Shown in pieces: positions 54,437 through 64,000 of a stretch of 64,000 bases of DNA; the stretch's first letter is position 1, and each line of letters opens with the position of its first letter. This DNA is from Bacteroidales bacterium (lineage in GTDB: Bacteria; Bacteroidota; Bacteroidia; Bacteroidales; VadinHA17). The notes under the pieces are model-generated. The model was not told the origin of the DNA, did no database searches, and saw nothing but the letters and a program-made list of their open reading frames with translations. The position numbers and the translations under genes are program-made. The DNA lies in contig OY764960.1 in assembly GCA_963668715.1 (NCBI GenBank), forward strand, positions 2,959,602-3,023,601. Direction: 5' to 3'.

Positions 54437-55411
54437 ATGATCAGAGATGTAAAAATACTTATTCTTGTCTTATGTTTTGCACCTGTTGCTTATCATGCTG
54501 AAGGACAGGATACGGAGTATTTATCATTTTATTATAATCCGGTCAGGTCCAACCCTGCCATGACAGGTTCCGAAGGGGTCGGAAAACTGAGAATGGTGTA
54601 CAGGGATTATTATCCGGGGAGGGGGCTGGATCTTTTTAGTATAGATTGTTCATATGATACCTATATAGACAGGATTCACGGGGGGCTGGGCTTTTTTGTG
54701 TCCGAAAATATGCCGGGCACCGTTTTAAATGACCTCAGGGCAGGCGCCGGGTATTCTTACCACCTGAGGGCAAGCAGGGATCTGTATGTAAATGCCGGGT
54801 TTATGGCTTCTGTAATTTACAGGGGGCTTAATGCCCGGGGAATAATCTTACCTGAACAGATCGACCCTCTGCAGGGTATTGTCTTTCCTGCTTCTGAGAT
54901 TATCAGTTCAGGAGCACATACTTCGTTTGATGCAGGTGTGGGCTTTCTGTTCAGCTATATGAATTATCATGCAGGTATATCCGTCAGCCATCTTTTTAAG
55001 CCTGCTCTGGGAAACAACGGAGTTGATGAATCAAGGCTGGACAGGAGATACTCTTTTCATGGATCGGCGGTTTTCTTACAGGGAGCAGGGGATATAAGCC
55101 TTATTCCCGGATTCCTGTTTAATATTCAGGGTAATAGTACAACAGGCGCTGCCGGACTGAGCTGCCTGTATAAAAACTTTACAGCTAATATAATGCCATT
55201 TGTAAACACAGGGCAGGGATTGATTTTTGTACAATCCGGTATAGGCTTTATAAAAGGACAGGTTGAGATTGGATATAATTATAATTTTGTACCCGTGGCA
55301 GGAAGCGGACTTCAACCATTCACTCTTTCAAATCAGGTGTATGTTTCAATAGGTTTAAATAATGTTGAAAAAAGAGATATTATTAAGGCAATAATATATC
55401 CTAAAATGTAG
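54437..55411 (+). CDS. PorP/SprF family type IX secretion membrane protein
   Basis: 324 aa with a signal peptide, YYNPVRSNPAMTG motif and beta-barrel pattern typical of PorP/SprF. Confidence 0.75.
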   Translation: MIRDVKILILVLCFAPVAYHAEGQDTEYLSFYYNPVRSNPAMTGSEGVGKLRMVYRDYYPGRGLDLFSIDCSYDTYIDRIHGGLGFFVSENMPGTVLNDLRAGAGYSYHLRASRDLYVNAGFMASVIYRGLNARGIILPEQIDPLQGIVFPASEIISSGAHTSFDAGVGFLFSYMNYHAGISVSHLFKPALGNNGVDESRLDRRYSFHGSAVFLQGAGDISLIPGFLFNIQGNSTTGAAGLSCLYKNFTANIMPFVNTGQGLIFVQSGIGFIKGQVEIGYNYNFVPVAGSGLQPFTLSNQVYVSIGLNNVEKRDIIKAIIYPKM

Positions 55412-55450
55412 TTATATTTGAGAAATAATCACACTTTTATCAAAAAGTGT

Positions 55451-55458
55451 TATATTTG
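55451..55458 (+). promoter_or_regulatory. Bacteroidota -7 promoter-like box (TATATTTG)
   Basis: Matches TAnnTTTG, 12 nt before the ATG at 55471 and 33 nt before the ATG at 55492. Confidence 0.35.
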
Positions 55459-55470
55459 ACTTTAATTAAT

Positions 55471-56970
55471 ATGATCAAAACCTTTCGTATTATGTATAAA
55501 ATTGCATCCTCACTGATGGTCGCTATTGCAGTTATACTGCTTGCTTCCTGTAACCGTGGTGATAATCCGAATGTATCACCTACAACAGGCTGGGCATATA
55601 ACGATCCTGATAATGGTGGGTTCGAAGTTGTTATCGGGGCTGAGCAGGAAACAGGACCCGGCCTTGTACTTATCGAAGGAGGTACTTTTACCATGGGCCG
55701 TGTGCAGGAAGATGTTATGTATGACTGGAATAATCCCATACGCAGAGTAACAGTGTCTTCGTTCTACATGGATGAAACCGAAGTACGGAATGTTGATTAC
55801 AAGATGTATCTCTGGTGGCTTAAAAGGGTTTATGCTGACTATCCCGAGGTTCATATGAGAGCTCTGCCAGATACACTGGTGTGGCGCTCGCCCCTGGGTT
55901 TTAACGAGCCATATGTCCAGTACTATTTCCGTCATCCTTCCTATAATAACTATCCGGTGGTCGGTGTCAACTGGTTGCAGGCCAATGACTACTGCATGTG
56001 GCGTACCGACAGGGTGAACGAACAGATACTTATTGATGAAGGGATACTAAACTATGACCCGAATCAGGTAAATGAAAATAATTTCAACACCGATGCATAT
56101 CTGGCAGGTCAGTATGAAGGTGTGGTCAACCAGAATCTTCCAAGCCTTGATCCCAATAAGGAAACAAGAAGGGTTATGATAGAAGACGGAATACTTTTAC
56201 CTAAATACAGGCTTCCAACAGAGGCAGAATGGGAATTTGCAGCTTATGCCCTGAAAGGGAACACTTTCGAAGAGAGAATATTTGAAAGAAGAGAATATCC
56301 ATGGGACGGACATAATGTGCGTAATGCAAATAAGAAAAGTCGTGGTGAATTCATGGCTAATTTTGTCAGGGGAAGGGGTGACCTGATGGGTGTTGCCGGG
56401 AGCCTGAATGATAACGGATCGGTTACAGTGGATGTGAAATCATACTGGCCTAACGACTATGGCCTCTACTGCATGGCCGGAAATGTGAATGAATGGGTAC
56501 AGGACGTATACAGGCCTATGAGCTCAGAAGATGTGGATGCGTTTAATCCTTTCAGGGGTAACGTTTATACCGATCTTGCCCGTGATGCCAATGGTAACCT
56601 CCTGACAAAAGATGAACTTGGCAAGATGCAGGTTGATACTGTTAGTGCTGAGGATGTGGCAAACAGGTATAATTATCAGAAAGGCGATTACAGAAACTAC
56701 CTTGACGGTGATTACCTTTCAACCATACAGGAGAGCGGACAGTGGACAGGCGAGCAAACCGAAGGTACAGAGTCGATGTACCTGCAAAACGAAGAACAGT
56801 ATGTTTCTCTTATTAACGACAGAGCCAGGGTAATAAAAGGCGGTTCCTGGAAAGACAGGGCTTACTGGCTTAACCCTTCTACCAGGAGATTCCTCGATCA
56901 GGAAGCTGCCCGTGATGACCTGGGCTTTCGCTGTGCTATGATAAGAGTAGGAAGTCCTTCAGGATTATAA
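55471..56970 (+). CDS. gldJ: Gliding-motility/T9SS lipoprotein GldJ (FGE-sulfatase fold)
   Basis: Lipobox LLASCNRGD. FGE/SUMF1-like motifs are present (GGTFTMG, NYPVVGVNWLQANDYCMW, LPTEAEWEFAA, GGSWKDRAYW, LGFRCA). It is adjacent to porU and followed by murF, as in Flavobacterium. The start is the ATG at 55471 or 55492. Confidence 0.85.
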   Translation: MIKTFRIMYKIASSLMVAIAVILLASCNRGDNPNVSPTTGWAYNDPDNGGFEVVIGAEQETGPGLVLIEGGTFTMGRVQEDVMYDWNNPIRRVTVSSFYMDETEVRNVDYKMYLWWLKRVYADYPEVHMRALPDTLVWRSPLGFNEPYVQYYFRHPSYNNYPVVGVNWLQANDYCMWRTDRVNEQILIDEGILNYDPNQVNENNFNTDAYLAGQYEGVVNQNLPSLDPNKETRRVMIEDGILLPKYRLPTEAEWEFAAYALKGNTFEERIFERREYPWDGHNVRNANKKSRGEFMANFVRGRGDLMGVAGSLNDNGSVTVDVKSYWPNDYGLYCMAGNVNEWVQDVYRPMSSEDVDAFNPFRGNVYTDLARDANGNLLTKDELGKMQVDTVSAEDVANRYNYQKGDYRNYLDGDYLSTIQESGQWTGEQTEGTESMYLQNEEQYVSLINDRARVIKGGSWKDRAYWLNPSTRRFLDQEAARDDLGFRCAMIRVGSPSGL

Positions 56971-56990
56971 AATATAATTGCAAAATATTG

Positions 56991-57027
56991 AACCTCATTA
57001 TGGACAACCATAATGAGGTTTTTTTTG
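56991..57027 (+). terminator. Strong rho-independent terminator after gldJ
   Basis: AACCTCATTATGG acaa CCATAATGAGGTT (13-bp perfect stem) followed by TTTTTTT. The T-run ends 1 nt before the murF ATG. Confidence 0.8.
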
Positions 57028-57028
57028 A

Positions 57029-58324
57029 ATGAAAAGCATAGATCTGTATAAAATATTAAGGGACAATAATTTCAAATTGTCAACAGATTCCAGGAAAATT
57101 ACCGGGGGAGAGGTGTTCTTTGCAATTAAGGGAGATAATTTTGACGGAAACAGCTTTGCAGGCGAAGCACTGAAAAAAGGAGCAGAGATAGCCGTGATTG
57201 ATGACCCTTCCTGTAAAAGGGAAGGAGCTTACCTCGTCTCTGATGTTATGAAAGCACTTCAGTCTGTCGCTGCCGAACACAGGAAACATCTTGATATTCC
57301 TGTGATGGCTGTCACAGGAAGTAACGGTAAGACAACAACAAAAGAATTAATGGCAAGGGTTCTTGCAAAGGACTATAACGTACATTATACAAGAGGTAAC
57401 CTCAATAATCATATAGGTGTACCCCTGACTATACTCTCGGCCCCCGAAGAAGTACAGTTTATGATAGTGGAAATGGGCGCCAGTCATAAAGGAGAGATAA
57501 GAGATCTTTGTGAAATTGCTCAGCCGGGTTATGGCTTGATAACAAATATAGGCAAAGCTCATCTTGAAGGGTTCGGCTCGTTGGGATCGGTAATAGAGGC
57601 AAAATCGGAAATGTATGATTATATAGCTGCAAAAGGAGGATCCGTCTTTTATAATGATGATAACAGTATTCTGACAGACCTGGTCACCGGCAGGGATATA
57701 AATGCCATCCCGTACTCAAAGCCGGGAAAACATGAGGTTGAGGTCAGACAGGTGCGGCAGAACCCGCAACTGGAATTGATAACTGAGATCGACGGACAGG
57801 AATATAGCTTCGATACTAACCTGTTTGGATACCATAACATGGAAAATGTGGTTGCAGCCATTGCAACAGGCCTTTACTTCGGTCTGGTTCCTGAACGTAT
57901 GCAGAGGGCTGTTGAATCGTATATGCCGGATAATAACAGGTCACAAATATTCAGGACCGGTAAAAATGTCCTGATATGTGATTCCTATAATGCAAACCCG
58001 GTAAGTATGAACAGGGCAATAGGATCTTTTGTTGATTATCCTTCGGAAAAGAAGACGGTAATACTGGGCGACATGCTTGAACTGGGCGGGTATGAGCAGG
58101 AGGAACATGAGATGCTGCTAAAGAAACTGGCAGATAATAAGGATATTAACGTAATACTTGTAGGGAGAGTATTTCATTCTCTGGCACATAAATATAATAT
58201 GCTGTCTTTCGAATCCAGGGAGGAACTGATAAGGTATCTTATCGCTAATCCGTTAAGGGATAGCCTGGTCCTTATTAAGGCTTCAAGAGCGCTCGGACTG
58301 GAGAAGATATATGGGTTGATGTAA
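57029..58324 (+). CDS. murF: UDP-N-acetylmuramoyl-tripeptide--D-alanyl-D-alanine ligase
   Basis: VTGSNGKTTTKE P-loop, Mur ligase middle and C-terminal domains, 431 aa. Confidence 0.9.
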   Translation: MKSIDLYKILRDNNFKLSTDSRKITGGEVFFAIKGDNFDGNSFAGEALKKGAEIAVIDDPSCKREGAYLVSDVMKALQSVAAEHRKHLDIPVMAVTGSNGKTTTKELMARVLAKDYNVHYTRGNLNNHIGVPLTILSAPEEVQFMIVEMGASHKGEIRDLCEIAQPGYGLITNIGKAHLEGFGSLGSVIEAKSEMYDYIAAKGGSVFYNDDNSILTDLVTGRDINAIPYSKPGKHEVEVRQVRQNPQLELITEIDGQEYSFDTNLFGYHNMENVVAAIATGLYFGLVPERMQRAVESYMPDNNRSQIFRTGKNVLICDSYNANPVSMNRAIGSFVDYPSEKKTVILGDMLELGGYEQEEHEMLLKKLADNKDINVILVGRVFHSLAHKYNMLSFESREELIRYLIANPLRDSLVLIKASRALGLEKIYGLM

Positions 58325-58353
58325 TAGCACCGAATAATTTTAACCTGAATACT

Positions 58354-59025
58354 ATGTATGATAAATTAATGGATCCTATAGGACGTTTGATGGGATTGCG
58401 ATATAAATCTCATCCCTGGCATGGAATTGATATTGGCGATAATGCCCCTGATATTGTTACCTGTTTTATTGAAATGGTGCCATCTGATACTGTTAAATAT
58501 GAAGTTGACAAGGTAAGCGGCTATCTCAGGCTGGACAGGCCGCAGAAGTACTCGAATGTGGTCCCGGCCCTTTACGGGTTCCTTCCTCTTACCTATAGCG
58601 GGGAAAAGGTGGCGGAGTTCAGCCGGGAAAAAACCGGAAGACAGTCTATCGTTGGGGATAAAGATCCTGTTGATATCTGTGTTCTTACCGAGAAAGAGAT
58701 AACTCATGGTAATATACTTGTCAGGGCCAGGCCGATAGGAGGATTCAGGATGCTTGACGGTAATGAGGCCGATGATAAGCTTATAGCAGTACTCTATAAT
58801 GATGCTGTGTATGCACAGTTCAAGGATATTGCTGATTTGCCTGAGGTGGTGACAAACAGGCTCAAACATTATTTTCTTACATATAAGGATCTTCCGGGCA
58901 ATGTGGCTGATGTGGAGATAACGCATGTTTACGGGGCTGATGAGGCAAAGGAAGTCATAAACCGTTCGCTTGAAGACTACCGTAAGAAATTTGAGCCTTT
59001 GAATGATGCAGTATCTTCGGTTTAG
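58354..59025 (+). CDS. ppa: Inorganic pyrophosphatase (family I, long form)
   Basis: CFIEMVPSDTVKYEVDK, GDKDPVDICVL, DDKLIAV motifs. Confidence 0.8.
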   Translation: MYDKLMDPIGRLMGLRYKSHPWHGIDIGDNAPDIVTCFIEMVPSDTVKYEVDKVSGYLRLDRPQKYSNVVPALYGFLPLTYSGEKVAEFSREKTGRQSIVGDKDPVDICVLTEKEITHGNILVRARPIGGFRMLDGNEADDKLIAVLYNDAVYAQFKDIADLPEVVTNRLKHYFLTYKDLPGNVADVEITHVYGADEAKEVINRSLEDYRKKFEPLNDAVSSV

Positions 59026-60161
59026 TCTTTGAAAGTAAGTGTGATATCAAGTATCTCCGCTTTGCTGCCAATCCTTACCCTCGGGCCCCAACTCCCGAAG
59101 CCTGACGACACAATATAATGTGATCCGTTAATTATTTTATGTCCGTATTTTATCTTGTATAACCTGCCGGTCAGATAGTTTAAAGGCCACATTTGCCCGT
59201 TATGGGTATGGCCTGATAACATCAGGTCAAAATCAGCGCTGATATCTTCTTTCCTGTACGGTGGTTGATGATCAAGAATAATAACAGGCCTGGTATGGTC
59301 ACAATTTTTTAACAGTTCATCGAGATCCTTCCTTTTTCTGCCTGTATACCTTTCCGAATCCCTGTCTGTTCTGCCGGCAATCTGTATGCCTTCTTCCAGG
59401 TCCTTTACCTCATCCTGCAAAACAGGTATCCCGTTAGCCTCAATATATGGGATTGTCTTTGAGCTTCCTCCTATATATTCGTGATTTCCGGTAACAGCAT
59501 AAATATATTTTGCAGTTGCGGGGAGTCGAAGCGATTTCAGGAGGTCATCCCTCAGCACGGGATTTATTTCACCATCTACAATATCGCCCAAAAGTAATAC
59601 GATATCAGGCTTTACAGAGTCGAGTTTTCCTGATAATAAACGCATGCTTCTTCTTCTGATAACACTCCCCAGATGTATATCCGATACGGCTGCGATCCTT
59701 ATACTTCTGACAGATGCTTTCTTACTGATCTGAATATTGTATCTTCTTACAACCGAGAAGATGGTATTTAAGAAACCTGCTGTTATCAGCAACAGGGCAA
59801 AGCAGAAAGCTGAAAGATAAATTATCTGTTTTACCCTAATATTAATTTCATAAATACCTGTTGCATTTATAATCAGAATTACAAGATCTGAGAGTATTAT
59901 AACTATAAAAGAGTATAGCATAAATGACAGCCAGAATCCCCCTATGAGGTTGAGTCCGTCGGCTATTATCAATGATGAATTTCTCTCAAGTATCTTTCCT
60001 GCCGGGAACGATAATGACAGTAAAAGGAATAATATTGTATATACATTTTTGTCTGTTACCCCCTCAAAAGCCGATGCTCCTCTGAAAAACAGGAATATGT
60101 TGACAGCCGAATATATTATCAGTATAACTGAAAAAAAGATAATTAAATCCCTTGACCTCAT
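59022..60161 (-). CDS. Membrane-anchored metallophosphoesterase (YkuE-like)
   Basis: N-terminal TM helices followed by VSDIHLG, GDIVDG, GNHE and GHTHNGQ calcineurin-like motifs. Confidence 0.8.
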   Translation of the reverse strand: MRSRDLIIFFSVILIIYSAVNIFLFFRGASAFEGVTDKNVYTILFLLLSLSFPAGKILERNSSLIIADGLNLIGGFWLSFMLYSFIVIILSDLVILIINATGIYEINIRVKQIIYLSAFCFALLLITAGFLNTIFSVVRRYNIQISKKASVRSIRIAAVSDIHLGSVIRRRSMRLLSGKLDSVKPDIVLLLGDIVDGEINPVLRDDLLKSLRLPATAKYIYAVTGNHEYIGGSSKTIPYIEANGIPVLQDEVKDLEEGIQIAGRTDRDSERYTGRKRKDLDELLKNCDHTRPVIILDHQPPYRKEDISADFDLMLSGHTHNGQMWPLNYLTGRLYKIKYGHKIINGSHYIVSSGFGSWGPRVRIGSKAEILDITLTFKD

Positions 60162-60173
60162 ATAATCAATTTT

Positions 60174-61199
60174 TTATCTGGCATGGAGCTGAATAAATGT
60201 CTTTTTACCTTTTATATAGAAATTAAAAACAAGGCTTTTATCCAGTACCAGCCCGGACGCATATGTGTTTTCTTTCTCCGGTATCAATGATCTTTTCATT
60301 CTCAGTGTTTTCTTATGCCTGTAAAAATGAATATGTGCTTTAAACACGTTCAGGAATGCTTTTGTTTTGAACATTAACAGAAAATGCAGGGCCGCTATCC
60401 CGTCCATTATCTTCCTTATGAACATTATTTTAGCCAGTTTGCTCTCAGGCAGGTTCTTATACAGCATAAACAGGTTATTCCTGAAATTATAATACACTTT
60501 TGAAGGAGAGTTGTACGAGAGAGTGCCTCCCCCCAGGTGGTAAACATATGACTGAGGTATGACCATGATTTTTCTGCCCGCATTGTTAAGCCTCCAGCAC
60601 AGGTCAATCTCTTCCATATGTGTAAAAAAAACGGGATCGAAGCCACCGGCAGACTTCCAGTCGGACGAACGTATAAAGAGGCATGCACCGGTTGCCCAGA
60701 ATACCTGTTTTATATCATCATACTGTCCATAGTCATTCTCCGCAATATTGAACACCCTTCCCCGGCAATACGGATAACCGTACCTGTCGATGAAACCTCC
60801 GGATGCTCCTGCGTATTCAAATTTATCAGGATTGTTCAGGCTTAGTATCTTGGGTTGACAGGCAGCTACATCCGGATTTTTGTCCATATATTCTGCAAGA
60901 GGGTCAAGCCAGTTTTTTTCAACCCTTACATCAGAGTTCAGCAGTACATAATACTCCGATTCTATCCTTTCCAGGGCCTTATTATACCCCCCTGCGAAGC
61001 CATAATTATTATCCAGTTCTATGATATTCACTTTCGTATGATAATCTCTGACATAATCTACAGAGTCATCGGTACTGCCATTATCGGCAAGGTAAACACT
61101 ACAGCAGTCCGATGCTGAGTTTTCGACGGTTGAGCCCAGGAAATCCTCCAGGTATTTCTTACCGTTCCAGTTAAGTATGACAACCGATATTTTTGTCAT
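60174..61199 (-). CDS. Family 2 glycosyltransferase
   Basis: MTKISVVILNWNGKKYLE, DNGSTDDS, NSDV. Its ATG overlaps the upstream stop codon (ATGA at 61199-61196). Confidence 0.8.
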   Translation of the reverse strand: MTKISVVILNWNGKKYLEDFLGSTVENSASDCCSVYLADNGSTDDSVDYVRDYHTKVNIIELDNNYGFAGGYNKALERIESEYYVLLNSDVRVEKNWLDPLAEYMDKNPDVAACQPKILSLNNPDKFEYAGASGGFIDRYGYPYCRGRVFNIAENDYGQYDDIKQVFWATGACLFIRSSDWKSAGGFDPVFFTHMEEIDLCWRLNNAGRKIMVIPQSYVYHLGGGTLSYNSPSKVYYNFRNNLFMLYKNLPESKLAKIMFIRKIMDGIAALHFLLMFKTKAFLNVFKAHIHFYRHKKTLRMKRSLIPEKENTYASGLVLDKSLVFNFYIKGKKTFIQLHAR

Positions 61200-62080
61200 T
61201 TGCCATCCGGTTTCTTGTGTTTCCATCTTTTATGCGTCCACATCCAGAGCTCAGGCCTGCGTTTTATCTGTTCTTCCAGCATCTTTACATGCTTTTCTGT
61301 TACCTCGTAGGGTGCAAGCTTTGAAGGATCATCTGTAACCAGTTCGGCTTTCAGCTCATAGTATCCTCTGCGTACCTTTTCTATTTTGAAAAAAATTACT
61401 GCCATATTGAATTTATGAGACAGTTTTTCTATTCCAAGATATACAGGTGTGTCCTGATTAAGAAATTTTGTCCAGTATTGTATTTCGCCGTTTGGGGGAG
61501 TCTGGTCGGCAACCAGTCCTGTTAGTGTGTTTATTCCGGCCTTTTCGTAACGGAAGACTGTCCTGCCGGTTTTGATCATTGGGATAAGCTCCAGGCCGTA
61601 CTGCGAACGGAAGTCAAAGAAGTACTTATCAAAGTATTTATTGGCAAGCGGTTTATATACGGTAACACATTTATATTCTATACTCAGAGGGAGGCTTATT
61701 ATCCATTCCCAGTTACCATAATGCCCAAACACGGCTATTGTGCTTTTCCCTTCTTTTTTAAGGTTGTTGAGCAGTTCCGGGTTCGTGACCCTGTATCTTC
61801 TTTTTATCTCCGATGGCTTCATGTGCTGAAGCTTCATTATTTCTAAAAAGACATCAGCCAGATGTTTGTAAAACTTTTTTGCTATAGTTTTCAGGTCTTC
61901 TTCTTTTTTGTCGGGGAATGAATTACGGAGATTTTTCATAACAACATTTTTCCTGTACCCCGGCACATAATAAAGTACAAAGAAGAACAGGGGAGAGAAG
62001 ATAACAAATAAAACTGACAGGGGCAGAAGTGTTATTATCCAGTTTATTGCTTTGAATATGTTAAATAAGACAGCTTTCAT
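61196..62080 (-). CDS. Lysophospholipid / lipid A biosynthesis (LpxL-HtrB family) acyltransferase
   Basis: N-terminal TM, FGHYGNWEW active-site region, 294 aa. Confidence 0.75.
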   Translation of the reverse strand: MKAVLFNIFKAINWIITLLPLSVLFVIFSPLFFFVLYYVPGYRKNVVMKNLRNSFPDKKEEDLKTIAKKFYKHLADVFLEIMKLQHMKPSEIKRRYRVTNPELLNNLKKEGKSTIAVFGHYGNWEWIISLPLSIEYKCVTVYKPLANKYFDKYFFDFRSQYGLELIPMIKTGRTVFRYEKAGINTLTGLVADQTPPNGEIQYWTKFLNQDTPVYLGIEKLSHKFNMAVIFFKIEKVRRGYYELKAELVTDDPSKLAPYEVTEKHVKMLEEQIKRRPELWMWTHKRWKHKKPDGK

Positions 62081-62880
62081 TTAAGGTCCGGTATCATATG
62101 TTTTTGTACTTCATCCCTGAAGATATTAAATAATTTATTATTGGAAGCCACTATTTCCGAGCCGTTAATGTTTTCATGTTTCCCGTAAAAGTCAGACACT
62201 ATACCTCCGGCTTCTCTTATTATTATTGTTCCGGCTGAAACATCCCAGCTATTAAGTCCGTATTCAAAGAATCCGTCAAATCTTCCGCATGCCACATAGG
62301 CAAGGTCTATAGCAGCGGATCCCATTCTCCTCACGCCATGTGTATTTTTGATAAAGAATTTCAGACAATCCATATAACTGTCAAGCTTGTTGTAGTACCT
62401 GTAAGGGAAGCCTGTAGCTATCAGGCTGTCTTCCAGCCTGTCTGTTTCAGTGACATATATCCTTTCGCCATTTAGCCATGCTCCTCCTTTCTCATATGCA
62501 TAGAAAAGTTCTTTACCTTTAATATCGAGGATAACGCCAAGTATTATTTTTCCTTTATTGGAAAGAGCAATACTTATTGAATAAACGGGTACGCCGTGTA
62601 TAAAATTTGTTGTTCCGTCAAGCGGATCAATGATCCATTTTAAGTCTGTTTCCGATTCCAGTGCCGTTTTTTCTTCAGTCAGGAAGCCTGATTCAGGCAG
62701 TAACACAGCCAGGTCGGCAACAAGTTTTTTTTCCGCTTCCAGATCAACATAAGATACAAAATCATGCTTCCCTTTAACTTGTATATCATTGATCCTGAAA
62801 TTTTGTGACTCCTTCAGAATAAAATCACCTTTTTCAACAGCTATTCCGCATACTTTCTCACATAAGGTTTTCAGATCCAT
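62077..62880 (-). CDS. Inositol monophosphatase family protein (SuhB-like)
   Basis: WIIDPLDGTTNF and WDVSAG motifs, 267 aa. Confidence 0.85.
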   Translation of the reverse strand: MDLKTLCEKVCGIAVEKGDFILKESQNFRINDIQVKGKHDFVSYVDLEAEKKLVADLAVLLPESGFLTEEKTALESETDLKWIIDPLDGTTNFIHGVPVYSISIALSNKGKIILGVILDIKGKELFYAYEKGGAWLNGERIYVTETDRLEDSLIATGFPYRYYNKLDSYMDCLKFFIKNTHGVRRMGSAAIDLAYVACGRFDGFFEYGLNSWDVSAGTIIIREAGGIVSDFYGKHENINGSEIVASNNKLFNIFRDEVQKHMIPDLK

Positions 62881-62891
62881 AAAAGCAGATT

Positions 62892-64000
62892 TTATACTAT
62901 AAAATTACCATTTTCGTCGGTGTCATGTAATATATGACTTGTTATTTGTCCCTCCAGCCGGCTGTCATAAGCTGTATATACTCTTATATAATTCTCCGTA
63001 AATCCGCCTGTCATGCCTGGCTTGTCTTCTCTCTCCCATAATATATTAACACTTGAACCTGTACATTTATTTTTAAAAGCCGTTCTTTTTTTATCCGACA
63101 GCGCCTGAAGCTTTTTGCTTCTGATCTGCCTGGTCATGCTATCAACATGGTTCCCCATTTCAGCAGCGTCTGTTCCTTTTCTACGTGAATAATTAAATAC
63201 ATGAAGATAAGAAATATCCAGGGAGTCCAGGAAATTATAAGTGTCATTAAAATCTTCTTCTGTTTCACCCGGGAACCCTGCAATAACATCAGCTCCGATA
63301 CCTGCCAGCGGCATATATTCCCTTATTTTTTCTACTTTTGATCTGAAGAGTTCTCTCCTGTATCTCCTTCGCATTGTGGCAAGTATTTTATCCGACCCGC
63401 TCTGAAGAGGTATATGAAAATGAGGAAGTAATTTCTCACCGGATGCAACCAGTTTGATTATTTCGTCACTGAGGAGATTGGGTTCGACTGATGATATGCG
63501 GTATCTTTCTATTCCTCTTACTGTTGTGAGTTCTTTAAGCAGGTCATAAAACGATTCGTCGGTTGTTTTTCCGAAGTCTCCTATATTGACACCTGTAAGT
63601 ACTATTTCTTTAATACCTTCTGACGCGATTTCATTTGCTTCTTTTATGCAGTCGGCTATTGTCTGGTTCCTGCTTTTGCCTCTTGCTACAGGTATTGTAC
63701 AATATGAACAGTTATAGTCGCATCCATCCTGTATTTTCAGGAATGATCTTGTCCGGTCGGTTCCCGAGTATGAGGGGTTGAACAATATCATGTCATTCTT
63801 TTCGCAATTATGTATTTCGGGTACCGGTCTTTTTTTTATGTTCTGCAGATATTCCCTGATATTAAATTTTTCATTTGTTCCGAGTATGAGGTCGACGCCG
63901 GGTATTTTTGCAATTTCATTATATCTTAATTGTGCATAACAGCCGGCAACTACAATAAGGGCATCCGGAGCTCGTCTGACGGTTCTTTTTATCATCTGCC
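62892..64000 (-). CDS. mtaB: Radical-SAM methylthiotransferase, MtaB-like (5' end beyond the window)
   Basis: CDYNCSYCTIP radical-SAM cluster motif and a C-terminal TRAM-like domain. The reading frame is still open at 64000, so the N-terminal UPF0004 domain is cut off. Confidence 0.8.
   Translation of the reverse strand, partial: QMIKRTVRRAPDALIVVAGCYAQLRYNEIAKIPGVDLILGTNEKFNIREYLQNIKKRPVPEIHNCEKNDMILFNPSYSGTDRTRSFLKIQDGCDYNCSYCTIPVARGKSRNQTIADCIKEANEIASEGIKEIVLTGVNIGDFGKTTDESFYDLLKELTTVRGIERYRISSVEPNLLSDEIIKLVASGEKLLPHFHIPLQSGSDKILATMRRRYRRELFRSKVEKIREYMPLAGIGADVIAGFPGETEEDFNDTYNFLDSLDISYLHVFNYSRRKGTDAAEMGNHVDSMTRQIRSKKLQALSDKKRTAFKNKCTGSSVNILWEREDKPGMTGGFTENYIRVYTAYDSRLEGQITSHILHDTDENGNFIV

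Noticed and set aside
55428-55450. Weak hairpin CACACTTTT-atc-AAAAAGTGT after the PorP/SprF gene, considered as a terminator
   Set aside because: The stem is AT-rich with no following T-run, and it overlaps the putative gldJ -7 box. It is too weak to call.

Overview
This window looks like a chromosomal segment from a Bacteroidota (Bacteroidia-like) genome. The evidence is a porV-porU / PorP-SprF / gldJ-murF type IX secretion and gliding cluster, several TonB-dependent receptors, many lipoproteins with acidic residues after the lipobox Cys, and TAnnTTTG promoter-like boxes. It is densely coding: about 48 CDS, one tRNA-Ser(CGA), one cobalamin riboswitch and several hairpin terminators. I saw no rRNA, CRISPR array, transposase or integrase.

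Most genes are housekeeping: dinB, dcp, recR, alaS, hutU, ispF, murF, ppa, mtaB, M23 peptidases, glycosyltransferases and a lipid A-type acyltransferase.

Four things stand out.
1. A dispersed family of modular intergenic repeats built from 7-, 8- and 11-nt words occurs at five loci. Two are colinear ~340-bp composite elements. In four cases the purine-rich word array starts within about 11 nt of a stop codon, in the sense orientation of that gene.
2. A cobalamin-riboswitch-led five-gene operon encodes a BtuB-like receptor, a BtuG-like propeller lipoprotein, a PKD lipoprotein and two large tandem paralogous repeat-solenoid lipoproteins of unknown function.
3. Four tandem paralogs fuse TPR and a TolB-like PD40 propeller to different C-terminal envelope modules: a tail anchor, none, SPOR, or OmpA plus SPOR.
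4. A 35-nt direct repeat duplicates the 3' end of tRNA-Ser 342 bp away, which resembles an att-site scar.

All family assignments come from motifs read by eye in the supplied translations. No database or covariance-model search was possible.
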